The position numbers were made by a program, and so were the translations under genes. A stretch of 64,000 nucleotides of DNA from Eledone cirrhosa (lineage: Eukaryota). The notes under the pieces are model-generated. The model ran no database searches. It saw only the letters and a program-made list of their open reading frames with translations, and had not been told where the DNA came from. Positions 1-12,935 of this stretch are shown in pieces. Positions within the stretch are counted from its first letter, which is position 1. Each line of letters begins with the position of its first letter. The stretch lies in contig OZ024743.1 in assembly GCA_964016885.1 (NCBI GenBank), positions 215,202,001 through 215,266,000 of the forward strand, read 5' to 3'.

Positions 1-989
1 ACAATACTGTGTGTTCCATCTGCGCAGCTGCGCGTGTGAAGACGGATGAGGGGGTACTCATCAAGTATATGCCTCCGGTATGGTACCACGCGGGTGCATG
101 AATGTATGTGTGTCCACACAGACATGCATGAGCATGGGTGTGCGCATGCCTGGGTCGATGTATCTGTCTCAGCATGTCTGCGTGGGGGTATGGATGAGTA
201 TCTATGGATTTTCTTTTCATCTGTCTATATATGTGCGGCGTCTTGGCTATGCGCGCTCCCCTGAGTCCAGTGTGTGAGTGTAGAATTGGGTGTATTTGTT
301 GAAAACACCTCTGATATTGCCTTTCTGTTTGAAAGGCTGTTGCAAGCTTTCATTTAAAAACGTTCTAATACAGGTTTTTTCTTTTTCATTTTGAAATATG
401 TATTGGTGGAGGGTATTCTAAGGCTGTATCCTAGAAATGTTATGCTAAATATCCCTATGATTTGTTTAAAAGTAAAAGAATATTCCCGCCAAACATTATT
501 TACAATGACTGCCGCATACATCATAGTTGCGGGTGTGTAACTGGCCGCTGTGGACAAGGGAGCCTAGGGACAATGAAGACGTCGAAGTGATGCCAACCGT
601 TTAAGAACTCAGCGGTTCTCCCACCACAGTAGTAAATCTGATATATGTAGAAATTCTGATTGACAGGTGGAGAACGAGAAGAACCAAACAGTGGGCAACC
701 ATGAGTGGCTAGAAATACCGGTGACGTGTAGAATTCTTGACCACTCATGGGATGGCAACAGGATCTAAATCAGCAAACGAAAGAATTCGATGTTAAAAGA
801 CAATAGGAACATCTGCTTCGTAGATTCGAGACGTTTCCGAGGACCGCGCGATTTCAGAGTCAGGTTTGATCACGACATCGATCGTGCCTCGAGCTGGTGG
901 ACCGAGAAACAATTGTAATATGTCCAATAAATTCCTTTCGTCGCGACACTAATTCTCTTTTTTCTGTGATATATATATATATGTGTATA

Positions 990-1435
990 TAAGAGAGTAT
1001 TATAGTTTGCTTGTAGCATTGTGGAATAATTAAAAAAAATTGAACGTTTTAGAAGCCTCAACAATGCAGATGGGTAAATCTCCGGGAAACAGAATCCGGT
1101 GGTGAAGAGAGAAATGTAAGAGGAAATGTAGAATGAGATGTATAGTTTGTAAGGCGACGTAGGAAATAGCGTAAAAATAAAAAATAAATACTTTCCCCCT
1201 CGGAAACCCCCCAGTTGATGGATGCGAAATCCGAAATATAGGGACAATTAAATCTCACCCAAGGTAACTCTATCTCTTGTTATTATTTTTATTCTTATGC
1301 TCTTTCCAACGTTCCTCTACACAGTATATATCTCATTCTACATTTCCTCTTACGTCTCTCTATTCACCACCGGATTCTCTTACCCGGAGATTTACCTATC
1401 TGCATTTTTGAGCCTTCCAAAACGACCAAATTTAT
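990..1435 (-). mobile_element. Fold-back remnant of a PLE pseudo-LTR (family B-related terminus)
   Basis: Imperfect inverted arms ~1035-1190 and ~1280-1435 between (TA)n tracts. The left end reads ATG CTA CAA GCA AAC TAT AAT (MLQANYN) on the minus strand, like the family B termini at 47346 (MLQVNYN) and ~52410 (MLHVNYN). Confidence 0.55.
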
Positions 1436-1452
1436 AAATATATATATATATA

Positions 1453-1600
1453 TATCTCAAAGGTATATATTGACTTAGCAACTCAAAATAGTCTCTTACA
1501 ATTAAATAGCTCAAAGAAAGAGGTATTGCACGGCTCAGAAAAACCTATTTAATTGTAAGAGATTATTTTGAGTTTCTAACTCATTATATACCGTTGATAT
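1453..1600. repeat. Short inverted repeat (~55-bp arms) next to (TA)n
   Basis: ctcaaaatagtctcttacaattaaatag (~1482-1509) versus ctatttaattgtaagagattattttgag (~1545-1572), with flanking extension. Confidence 0.7.
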
Positions 1601-1765
1601 AGTCGGCTCCAGTGATAATTTAAATCTCCTGTAAACTTGGCTGCTATTTTTAGTAGCGTACGTTTATGAGACACACTAGTTTCTGATGCCATGTGCGTTA
1701 TTTTATATTCGCACACTATTTAGTCTTCTGAGATACTTTTGAAGTGAAGGGTTTACTAATTTCAC

Positions 1766-1861
1766 ACCACTGATGAGCAAAGTATTGGTAATTCCCTTCG
1801 CTAAAATTGCGAAACAGCCTACCAAAGCTTTCTGGGCGTTAGGCAGTTACCCAATATTGGT
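1766..1861 (+). ncRNA. Candidate expanded hammerhead ribozyme
   Basis: CTGATGA at 1770, stem II GCAA/TTGC, GAAA at 1811, stem III C-a-GCCTA/TAGGC-a-G-T, triplet GUU. Stem I does not directly flank the cleavage site. Confidence 0.4.
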
Positions 1862-2016
1862 TTCTTTTTCTTTCTTGATTTATTGATTTATATTGAGTCT
1901 GGCAAACCGTATTCTTATTAGTTAGGATTTTTTCAACCAAACGAATCTGGTCCCTTCGATTTGAACACATATATGTTTATATCTGTGTTTATCTCTCTTT
2001 TATATTCAATTATATA

Positions 2017-2077
<61 letters not shown>

Positions 2078-2080
<3 letters not shown>

Positions 2081-2640
2081 CATGTATCCCAGTACAACCT
2101 GTCCCATGGTCGGGTCGTTGGCGACTAAACTGGCAACCCCACCAAGTTTTCTTGGTGAGGAGGGTGACTTTGGACATCCTGCAGAACTAAAAACAAAACC
2201 TCTCAAAGGCCAAAGGAGCTCTTAAGAGTCAGTGGCCATCCAAAATCACCGGGATAGATGACCCCTTAACCATTGTCAAGGCAGAATTCTAGGAGAAGGA
2301 AAACTCTGATATAACACCTGCAACCCTGATGGTATTCAATGATGTTGACTTGTTCTTCTTTTTGGTAAATATCATCTTGGTTAAGAGAGTGGGACTGGCT
2401 CTGTGCACTATAAAAGCTTCACGGCACAGGCATTGTTTGTATCTGGAGATCTCTCTGCACTTGTCATCACATGATACCATGGGCCCAGCACTGTCAATAA
2501 TTGTCACAAGTGTTTATGTTTGTACCAAAGTTTTCAAGTCGCTGGCTGGACTAAAAATTCACACTCGTTCAGCGCATCGGTAGGGGTTCTCCTACATATA
2601 AAGTAGTGCCAGTACACGAAAACGTGTTGGCAGCCACCAT
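2078..2640 (+). mobile_element. Short RTE-clade-derived non-autonomous fragment
   Basis: 3' part encodes ...CTKVFKSLAGLKIHTRSAHR*, resembling the C-terminal C2H2 finger of RTE/BovB-type ORFs. The 5' part resembles an RTE 5' UTR. Flanked by microsatellites. Confidence 0.35.
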
Positions 2641-2711
2641 ATATATAATGAAATAATTAAAAATTATTATAAACATATACACAACACTTTAGCTTTCATT
2701 ATCTAATGTCA

Positions 2712-2814
2712 CTCGCCGTGGTTAATTTTGCCTTTAATCCTTACGGGGTCGATAAAATAAAGTACCAGTAATACACTAGGATAATTGCTGGCCGTGTGCC
2801 AAAAGTAGAAACAA
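2712..2814 (+). mobile_element. SINE, 5'-truncated
   Basis: Core gcctttaatccttacggggtcgataaaataaagtaccag and tail ...gtagaaacaa shared with the full copies. Confidence 0.85.
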
Positions 2815-3882
2815 GTATCTAATGTCAGAATCTTTTCTAATTTTTCACATTTTTATATAAAAAACATACGTTATCGGTTCCAATTATATTCAGTGTATAT
2901 TTGTATATTATTTTACTATCTCTATAAAACTGACATATCACAAAGATATAAAAATGTCATGAAAATTACCTAAATGTTTTTTGATGCTAATATTACACGA
3001 ATCCAAGTAAACATGAAACTATTAAAAGTAAAATTTAGCTTGTTACGTCACTGTAAATTTAACTGTAGTATAATAGTTCAACTAGCGAGTCTTAAATACC
3101 ATGAATAACTAAGATTCATTTAATTGGCGTCAATTATTTGAAAACTACTATGAAGTCCATGCTGGTGTAGTAACTTTTCACATGAAGTAGTTATTTTTCC
3201 TTGCATTAATACACATATAATTAATACCGAGGAAGATAACGACGGTGTATATTCATCGAAAAACATGATTCTCATTTATTCTTAAACCAACGGCTGTTTA
3301 CATCCGATGCGATGCTGTTTGTCAAGTTTGAAACTTTAGTAGTCCTAGTAGTACAAATATTCCATAAGTTTATCTCGCATATTGACATAAAATATGGCGT
3401 CGAAATATCTGCAGTTATAAACCTGAATCAAGGAGTATACTCCTATGTAAATGGCATCAAATTATTATCTACTAGTGAACCAGTGTATTCTTCGAAATAT
3501 GATGGGAAATGTTACCTAAGAATCCTAGAGATTCATGTAAGGCTTCATGGGAAATTGAAAACCATTATATTCAATCCAAATAGCATGCACAAATGTGATT
3601 CTTGCTGTAAACATGTAACACGTTACAATGCTAAGAAACGCACGGAGGCTACGGCTGACGTTAATGAGAAAAGAAAACGAGAAACGTCATAGTTATTCAT
3701 AAGACATTACACACAAAAGCAAAATGCGCAGCTGGAGAGAAATGCTTATAAGTGTTCCATCATATATCTAGAATGAAATACGAACCATTAATTGCCAACT
3801 CATTTATAGCATTTTGCAATATGTCTTTCCTTTTCTATAGATGCATTTCTTAATAATTCATATTCATTATATATATTACATA

Positions 3883-4071
3883 GGGCGTGGATGTGCAGTA
3901 TGGGTAGAGGGTCGGACGCCATGCTTTGACGTATAGAGTTACGGCCCTTGCCTTTCTGAGTTCAAATCCCGCCAAGATTAACTTTGCCTTTCATCCTTAC
4001 GGGGTTGATAAAATAAAGTACCAGTAATGCACTGGTTAATTGCTGGCATTGTGCCTAACGTAGAAACAATT
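3883..4071 (+). mobile_element. tRNA-derived SINE with Deu/Nin-like core
   Basis: Pol III box A-like head, box B GAGTTCAAATCC, core GCCTTTCATCCTTACGGGGTTGATAAAATAAAGTACCAG; more than 10 copies or fragments in the window. Confidence 0.9.
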
Positions 4072-5829
4072 ATATATATTATATAAATTGTGTTTATATG
4101 TACAAATGGAACGATTTAAACTGATAAATTGTAATGAAATATATCTACACCATGGCTTAAATGTAATGGGCAATGAACAAGGAATGACGGAGAGTAAAGA
4201 AGAATCTAAAGGATAAAACTACAGATTAATGATAGGCAGCAGATGGAGAAATACTGTGTGATCAATTTCAACGACAAACGTCTGTTTGAAAGTTGTTGAG
4301 AGGGGCTTTTGTGCCTTGATCTTAAAAGGAAAATTGAAACATTGTTGTTGAAACTGATTGCAGCTTAATGACAATATTTATATAATACGACAATGACTAA
4401 AGACGTATATCACACTGGTGAAACTATGAAATTCTGTTCGCATGGAAGTATTAGGAAACGTGATGAACATAGTGAGCACATCGAAAATGCCAAGAAAAAA
4501 CTGGGACTATGAGCACTTAGTGATATTCCAGTTCGTAAATAATTCTCTGTCTTCACTTAATCCAACACTTCAGTTCTCTTAAATATTCAGACTGGAGACG
4601 AACTCGTCTGACAAACGATGCCTACACTTGCCTACCATCAAGTTGCAGCCAAAACACTTTCACTTTGCTGTAAATGCCAGTCCATACCTAGATCGACTGA
4701 CCATAGGAATACCTCTCTTCAGAAAAAAAAGTGCGAAAGAGTAGAATCTCCAGTCCAATCTAACGCCAACTGAGGCAAGACAGAGCAGAGGTGATATACA
4801 TGTCTATCACTTCCGTTTAATATTTCAGGGATAGCTTACACCTAACTAGTACCGTCACAAGCTTTGTATAATTTCACTATCGCTCGTAATCTAATATAGT
4901 TTTTTTCTATCACGATTCCCACAAGCAACTTATCGATTCTACTGTTATCGCCCATTTCAGGGCGAACCACCATTTCTTGTTTACAATGAACGACCAGTAT
5001 CTGTAAGCTTTGCCTACCACCGAGAACGACATTTACAGCCTCGTACTGAATGTAAAAGCATTCATTCTTACCTTCATCTCAAACGCACATATATCTGTAA
5101 ACATTAATTGTAGTTAGAAACGTCATAAATGGTATTCAGTGAAACTAGGATTTTGATAGTATTCTCCTCACGGCTAGTGAATCCTGCAATGTGAGGCCGG
5201 ATTTAAGTACGACTGATAATAAATTAAATGCATGAAATAGTTCATGATCAAATAGTGAACCATTTTGCTGTAACAGACAAGATTGGAATGTTACGAAATT
5301 AACCAACCTCAATTAGAAGAAGAATATTCTGTAGTATATGTCCTTCAAAATTCTCTTAAAAAGTAGTTAACTTTGGACTCTGTAGACATGTTTTGCATTA
5401 GGATTCTGCTATAGACATCGGCAACACATGCAACCACACGGCCATGTGTTACTATCATGAAATCAAATAATTGAAACACAATAATGAAATCTAATAAATG
5501 AAATGTTTGCACGACTTTGTGTTTCGGTGTGAAAATCTACGGACCATAGATGTCTCTATAATTAAAGATCATGAGAGAAAATTTGAAGTATATGACGTTT
5601 AGCATAAACCATAGCGTAAGATGATATTCAACGGAAATCAAATACATCACATACCTCTTTATATATAAGCCATAATAATAACCCTAACCATAACGACAAT
5701 AGATTGTGATGTTAGTAGCGATAAAAGCTATGCCAACAATCACCAATAAAAAAGCAATAACCAGTGGCAACAACACAAGTTATAACAATAAACAGCTGTA
5801 GTAACATCAACTACAACATCCAGCTATAC

Positions 5830-6027
5830 TGGCTTCTGATTTAGGCACAAGGTTCTTTGGGGGTAGACAAGTCCAATATATCGAATCAGTATATTACTGC
5901 TGCTTTATTTTATCGATGAACGGCTAGGCTAAACTCGCCGGTATTTGAACTCAGAATGCATAAAGCCACGACTCTATACGGCAAAGAATGGTGTTCGACA
6001 CTCTACAGATACTGTCAATCCACATCC
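5830..6027 (-). mobile_element. SINE, diverged copy
   Basis: Diverged reverse complement: tttattttatcgatg...atttgaactcagaatg...ctctacagatactgtcaatccac. Confidence 0.7.
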
Positions 6028-6103
6028 TTCACATCCAGCTATAATAACCATATATATATATATCAATAAATTATACAATTATCAAAGTTGTGTTCAAATC
6101 ATT

Positions 6104-6157
6104 TAATAGCTGACAATCGTTTCTTCCAAACTCTCGTTTGGATTCATCGGAGCATTA
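6104..6157 (-). ncRNA. Minimal type I hammerhead ribozyme, variant core (inverted arm copy)
   Basis: Reverse complement: taatgct CCGATGA atccaaac gaga gtttggaa GAAA cgattg TC agc tatta. Confidence 0.55.
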
Positions 6158-6391
6158 TCAATTTTTGCACATATAATTCACCTCCTATTACATGAACAAT
6201 AATATAGATACATATAAATTGATGTTGTGAGCAACAGTTTCGTATTTACAGGGTGGGATGGATGCACCATAACACTTATGTCGCATCCATCCCACCCTGT
6301 CAATACGAAACTCTTGCTCACAACATCAATTTATATGTATCTATATTATAGATCAGTTGAATAGGAGGTGTATTAAATGTGAAAACATTGA

Positions 6392-6445
6392 TAATGCTCC
6401 GATGATTCCAAACGAGAGTTTGGAAGAAACAATTGTCAGCTATTA
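6392..6445 (+). ncRNA. Minimal type I hammerhead ribozyme, variant core CCGAUGA
   Basis: taat-gct CCGATGA ttccaaac-gaga-gtttggaa GAAA caattg TC agc-t-atta: 8-bp stem II, palindromic stem III ACAATTGT, GUC triplet. Confidence 0.65.
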
Positions 6446-6619
6446 AATGATTTGAACACAACTTTGATAATTGTATAATTTATTGATTTAACTACGCTGT
6501 AAAACAACTGGTGTTCATACATTGAGCTATTTCCCTTACTGGTAATAAGGTTATTAAGAAATTACTGACCTTCCTGTTTGTCGTTGTTTATACTATATAC
6601 ATAACTACAAATAGTATTA

Positions 6620-7665
<1,046 letters not shown>

Positions 7666-7764
7666 TATATATACCAGCTTTTACAACAAGCATCACCTAT
7701 AGCAACAATAATTAACATTAGTAAAACAATAGCTATAAAGTTAACACCAATTAACTCCAGCTAA

Positions 7765-8030
7765 CCCTCAATGTGACGGTTTTGTTCTCGTCTGTCATCA
7801 TCAGCGTTACTATGCACCAGCTCATACTACTGGGAATACTCCCAATCTGATGCCAGTTACAGTAGACCACTTATATGACATCGGAAAACAAGTCTGGTAT
7901 GAAACTCATACGCCTGACCATCCAAACATGTTGACATGGTAAATTTCATAATGGATGTGGTGGCGGTGGTTTGACTCTTGGCTGTGAGTGAGCTGTTGTC
8001 AGGTAACAGCTGGCCCAACGTAAGTGCCAT
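7765..8030 (-). mobile_element. Degenerate Tx1/L1 ORF2 fragment
   Basis: Minus-strand frames give CLDGQAYEF and VVYCNWHQIGSIPSSMSWCIVTLMMTDENK, matching GLDGLPYE...AVYCNWQQNGRIPCSVTKGVVTLVRKDENK of the LINE at ~32170-32330. Confidence 0.6.
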
Positions 8031-8553
8031 ATTCCGTCCGTATTTTTTGTCAGAATATTTTTGAAAAAAGTAAAGTATAAATACTGAATGAAGTTCACTA
8101 CTAGATATCATCAACACTTCCCCTTGCACACTTTTCATCCTTACCGCTTCTCTTTCTTCCTTTCATGCCTCACTTCTCTTTCTATTCATTTTATTTTCAT
8201 TTATTGTCCTATCCTCTCTACCTCATCTCGAACAACCAATGAAAAAAAGAACAACGGAACACTGCAGGTGAGTAGGATATAGTGATTTAAAATTGTACGA
8301 AGGTATTTGCCGATATTTACGAAGGCACGAGTCTGATGAGCTAATGAGTCAGGCCTTGTCGATAGAATTGCATCTTGATCCGATCAATTGTGAGATGCCC
8401 ATCACACTTGAATGAACATACTGATGATACTTTGGCCCATAGTTCCTACCCATTACTATTAGTAACCATCTCCTGCATACTGTACTAAAACGGACCCATC
8501 TATGCATCGAGTGCTGAAGTTGGTGAACCAATAGTAACGTTACGAAATCAATG

Positions 8554-8610
<57 letters not shown>

Positions 8611-9267
8611 TGGATTTATATCTTTTCCTCTTCTCCCTGTTGCAACCATCCGACTGAGGCCATGCTACGGTACCGCCATTGATATATATATATATATATA
8701 TGTATATATAATAGATGTAAAATTCTAACTGATTTAACATATTTCTGCAAAATTCTCGGTAATCTTATTCAATAACAGAAGCGAGGTGTTACATTATCCT
8801 CATTTCAGATGTCAGTAACATGTTACATATAGAATATAAATTGCCTATATACCTATAGGCAGAGCTTTGTATTGGAATTCACGTCAGCACGTTTTCCAAA
8901 TAGAACCAATGCGATTCTAAACTGATGGATAATCCGTCGAGCTGTAAACGTAAACATTTTACTAAATAACACAATAACGCTACATCTACTGATTCCAACA
9001 TATTTCTTTCGTATTGCAATTACGTTTTATTTCCCCGACAGCCAAGCTAACCGGGTCAGGTTATTTGCAAATACAAATATAACCAATCATTATCTAGTAA
9101 AATGCAATGAAACCAGAAACCTAATATTATTAATAACTTTCAATATCTAAATAGGATTACAAAATTAACACTGAAAACAAGTTACTACTACTAATAATAT
9201 CGGCAATGAAAGATAACGATTACGACCAACGATGTAGATGTACGAAGATGACGTTCAGTGTGATAAT

Positions 9268-9889
9268 AATTATTTCTACATCTGACAGAAGGCCAGCAAT
9301 TACTCCAGAGCATTACTGGAGCTTTATGTTATCGACACCGTAAGGATGAAAGGCACATCTAACATCAGCCGGATTTGAAATCAGAACGTAAACAGCCATA
9401 AGTCTATGCTGCAAAGCATGGTGCCTCACGCTCTACCGATACAGCTAATCCACCTCCCGGGATTATGATAAGTGTTTTTGCTTATGGCATAAGGCCAGCA
9501 ATTATCCCAGTGCATTACTAGTGCTTTGTACATCGACTCCGTAAGGATGCAAGGAAAAGTTTACCTCGACGGGATTTGAACATGATTATGATAATAATTG
9601 TTTCTACTTTTGGCAGAAGGCCAGCAATTATCCAGTGTATTACTGGTACTTTATTTTATCGACCCCATAAGGATGAGAGGCAAAGTTAACCTCGGCAGGA
9701 TAATCATTGTTTCTACATTTGGCACAAGGCCAACAATTACCCACTGCATTACTGGTACTTTATTTTATCGACCCCATAAGGATGAAAGGCAAAGTTAACC
9801 TCGGCAGGATTTGAACACAGAATGGCAAGGGCCGTAACTCTGTGCGTCAAAGTATGGCGCCCACCCTCTGCCGATACTGCCACTCCACC
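9268..9889 (-). mobile_element. Tandem cluster of four SINE copies (about 9268-9456, 9470-9580, 9596-9699, 9705-9889)
   Basis: Four successive reverse-complement SINE tails and cores; two are near full length and two are truncated in or near box B. Confidence 0.85.
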
Positions 9890-9906
9890 AATGTTGGTTA
9901 ATATTT

Positions 9907-9984
9907 TTCTTCTTCTTCTTCTTCTTCTTCTTCTTCTTCTTCTTCTTCTTCTTCTTCTTCTTCTTCTTCTTCTTCTTCTTCTTC
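9907..9984. repeat. (TTC)n microsatellite
   Basis: Perfect trinucleotide run. Confidence 0.97.
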
Positions 9985-10269
9985 GCCACATTAAAGAAAA
10001 GGGTGGTTACTCAGGTTGTTTTGATTTGTCTCTTTAGAATTCGTACACGTTGTTTTCCTCGATCGTAAAAATGATAGAATGATAATTTACCCAACTGAAA
10101 ATTTGGGGTAAAAACATGAGAAAGATTTCACTTAGTTGACTTAGGCGAGCCATTCAGAAACCTTCGCGGGCCGCATGTTGCCAATGACTGACGTAGATGA
10201 TATTGATGGTAATAATTGTTTCTACTTTAGACACATTACTGGTACTTTATTTTATCGACCTCGTAATAT

Positions 10270-10640
10270 TGATGGTAATAATGATGAATTTGATGACGGT
10301 GTGGACGATGATATGAATCATGTCACTGAATATGATGTTGTTGTTGTTGATGTCACTGAATATGATGAAGGTGAGGATGATGATGATGAGGAGATGATGG
10401 TGATGATCATGAGGATGGTGATGATGATGATGTGAAGGAGGGTAATGATGGGGATGATTAGAATGGGGAGGAGGAGGATGAGGATGAGGAGGAAGGAGGA
10501 GGATGAGGATGAGGGGGGGGGGTGATGATGATGATGACGATGATGATTACGATGATGATGTTGATGATGATGGTGGTGTTGAGTATGATGACGGTGGTGA
10601 GGGTAATGAAGATGATGATGATGTTGATGATGATGATCTG
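10270..10640. repeat. Degenerate (GAT)n/(GAG)n low-complexity tract
   Basis: Explains the poly-Asp, poly-Met and poly-Ile ORFs in the track. Confidence 0.9.
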
Positions 10641-11380
10641 TGTAGTGACAACTACTACATACAGGAAAGTTTGAACGATCATGCTGATGATATATATTAA
10701 AAGCAAATAAGAATAATCACACGTTATGCGAGGCCAACACCACCACCATCCTTCATTTTTATCTTCAACATCAGACATCACAATAAATCCCGTAGCAACA
10801 ATTTTGATCACGAGCCAAGATTATTGACCGGAAGCTATCAACGAAGGATGTTACATCACATCAATCAGACACTTTAATATTCCGGCAGAACATTTTAATT
10901 TCATTGAATTTTTAATGTTCTTACTTACATAAATGTATGTAGAGAAGTATGCACACATTTCCTTACTAACGCACGCATACTTGCACACATACTGGAACCA
11001 ACGCATATACGTTCCCACATACATACATGTATATATACATGCGTGTGTGTATATAAATATACACACACACGCATGTATATATACATGGACGCGACGCACA
11101 CACACACACACACATGTATGCACGCACATAGACGCGACGCACACACACGCATACACACACACACAAACACACATATGTGTGGAAATTAATATAAGACGAA
11201 TGCCCAAAACTGCCTACACAATGGTTAGTTGATAAACGAGTACAACTCTTGAAATCAACAACGCAATATCTAACATCTAACAACAAGGAACCCCATATAT
11301 ATATATTGGACCTCAATGAAATATATATGTATATATATTTTCTGCACATATATACATATGTATATATATATATATATGTG

Positions 11381-11440
<60 letters not shown>

Positions 11441-11481
11441 GGATATTAAATAAATGGAAACTATATTTATAAAACCATATT

Positions 11482-11547
11482 TATTTCATTATATATATTT
11501 CAGGGATATCATATTAACAATATGTTATGCCTTCCTCAGACAAAATA
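11482..11547 (-). ncRNA. Minimal type I hammerhead ribozyme (family C)
   Basis: Reverse complement: tattttgt CTGAGGA a ggcataacatatt-gtt-aatatgatatccct GAAA tatata TA atgaaata. Confidence 0.6.
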
Positions 11548-11654
11548 CAATATAGACAGTTTTATAGATAAATAGATTTGACATACCGTTCAACATCGAC
11601 TTGTATTTGAAAAGGTTGATTTGGCAGTTAATATGATATCCCTGAAATATATAT

Positions 11655-11843
11655 AATTGTTTCTACTTTTAGCACAAGGCCAGCAATTACCCAGTACATT
11701 ACTGGTACTTTATTTTATCGACCCCGTAAGGATGAAAGGCAAAGTTAACCTCGGCGGGATTTGAACTCAGAATGGCAAGGGCAGTAACTCTATGCGTCAA
11801 AGCATGGCGTCCAACTCGCTACCGATACTGCCAATTCACCGCC
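11655..11843 (-). mobile_element. Full-length SINE with ~12-bp target-site duplication
   Basis: aatatatataat at 11646-11657 and 11847-11858 flanks the SINE. Confidence 0.9.
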
Positions 11844-11993
11844 GTTAATATATATAATGAAATAAATATGGTTTTACAAATATAGTTTCCATTTATTTAA
11901 TATCGTAAATATACTCCAAATACTTGTTGAGTGCTTTTATATCAGTTATAAATATTTACTAGTTGTAACATAACAATTTAAATATAACTTTCC

Positions 11994-12430
<437 letters not shown>

Positions 12431-12586
12431 TTGTTATACTTTGGGAGGGTCATGTTGCCAATAAGAAACACACGCACCAGTTGCTTTCACTTCAATTTAA
12501 TTTAATATATATTTATAAATTTACAAATTTATAAATTTCTGGTTGGTTGGTTGGTTCCACAACCAGATAGTTGTTTATATATATAT

Positions 12587-12631
12587 AGTCATAGTTCTTT
12601 CGTCACACACTCTGTGACCTCTTCAGTGACT
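12587..12631 (-). ncRNA. Minimal type I hammerhead ribozyme (family A pseudo-LTR)
   Basis: Exact reverse complement of 16168-16212. Confidence 0.75.
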
Positions 12632-12935
12632 GGGGATTTCTTTCTTCGTTTCTGTGCCTTTCCTTTCTTCTATCCTACGCCATTTTGTTTGTGTGTGGGT
12701 TGCGTGCTCAGTTTGCGCATGCGCCACATCCGGGTGTCTGTGTGTGTTTGTGTTCATTTTTCTATTTTTATATTTTTATATTTATATTTGTTTGTTTATT
12801 TATTTATTTATTGTTGGTTGGTTGTTTGTTCTATGTGTGTGTGTGTTTTCATTTTGTCTTGTGTGTGTTTTCATTTTGTGTGTGTTTTCAATTGTAAGTT
12901 GTTTATATATGTGTGTGTGTGTTTTCATTTTGTCC

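Larger units (their letters stand above)
11443..11993. mobile_element. Fold-back PLE mini-element (family C) interrupted by a SINE
   Basis: Left arm from 11443 is inverted relative to 11628-11657 plus 11847-11905. The same sequence occurs at 45335, 47983 and 57062. Confidence 0.75.

Noticed and set aside
1-950. Possible retroelement remnant at the window start
   Set aside because: AC-rich minus-strand tract and partial motifs only; no RT, EN or HHR could be supported.
3225-3275. CCGAGGA...atcGAAA motif
   Set aside because: Stems I and III cannot be formed convincingly and there is no PLE context.
3312-5700. Unique-looking sequence with a 126-aa ORF
   Set aside because: No recognisable motifs or supportable splice structure; host exons cannot be excluded without RNA data.
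8332-8360. CTGATGAG hammerhead-like core
   Set aside because: No stem II/GAAA downstream; lies at the edge of what looks like another decayed Tx1 RT fragment (~8340-8540, minus).
9268-9889. Regularly repeated ~100-190-bp units resembling an array with spacers
   Set aside because: They are SINE copies; there is no CRISPR repeat-spacer structure and the DNA is eukaryotic.
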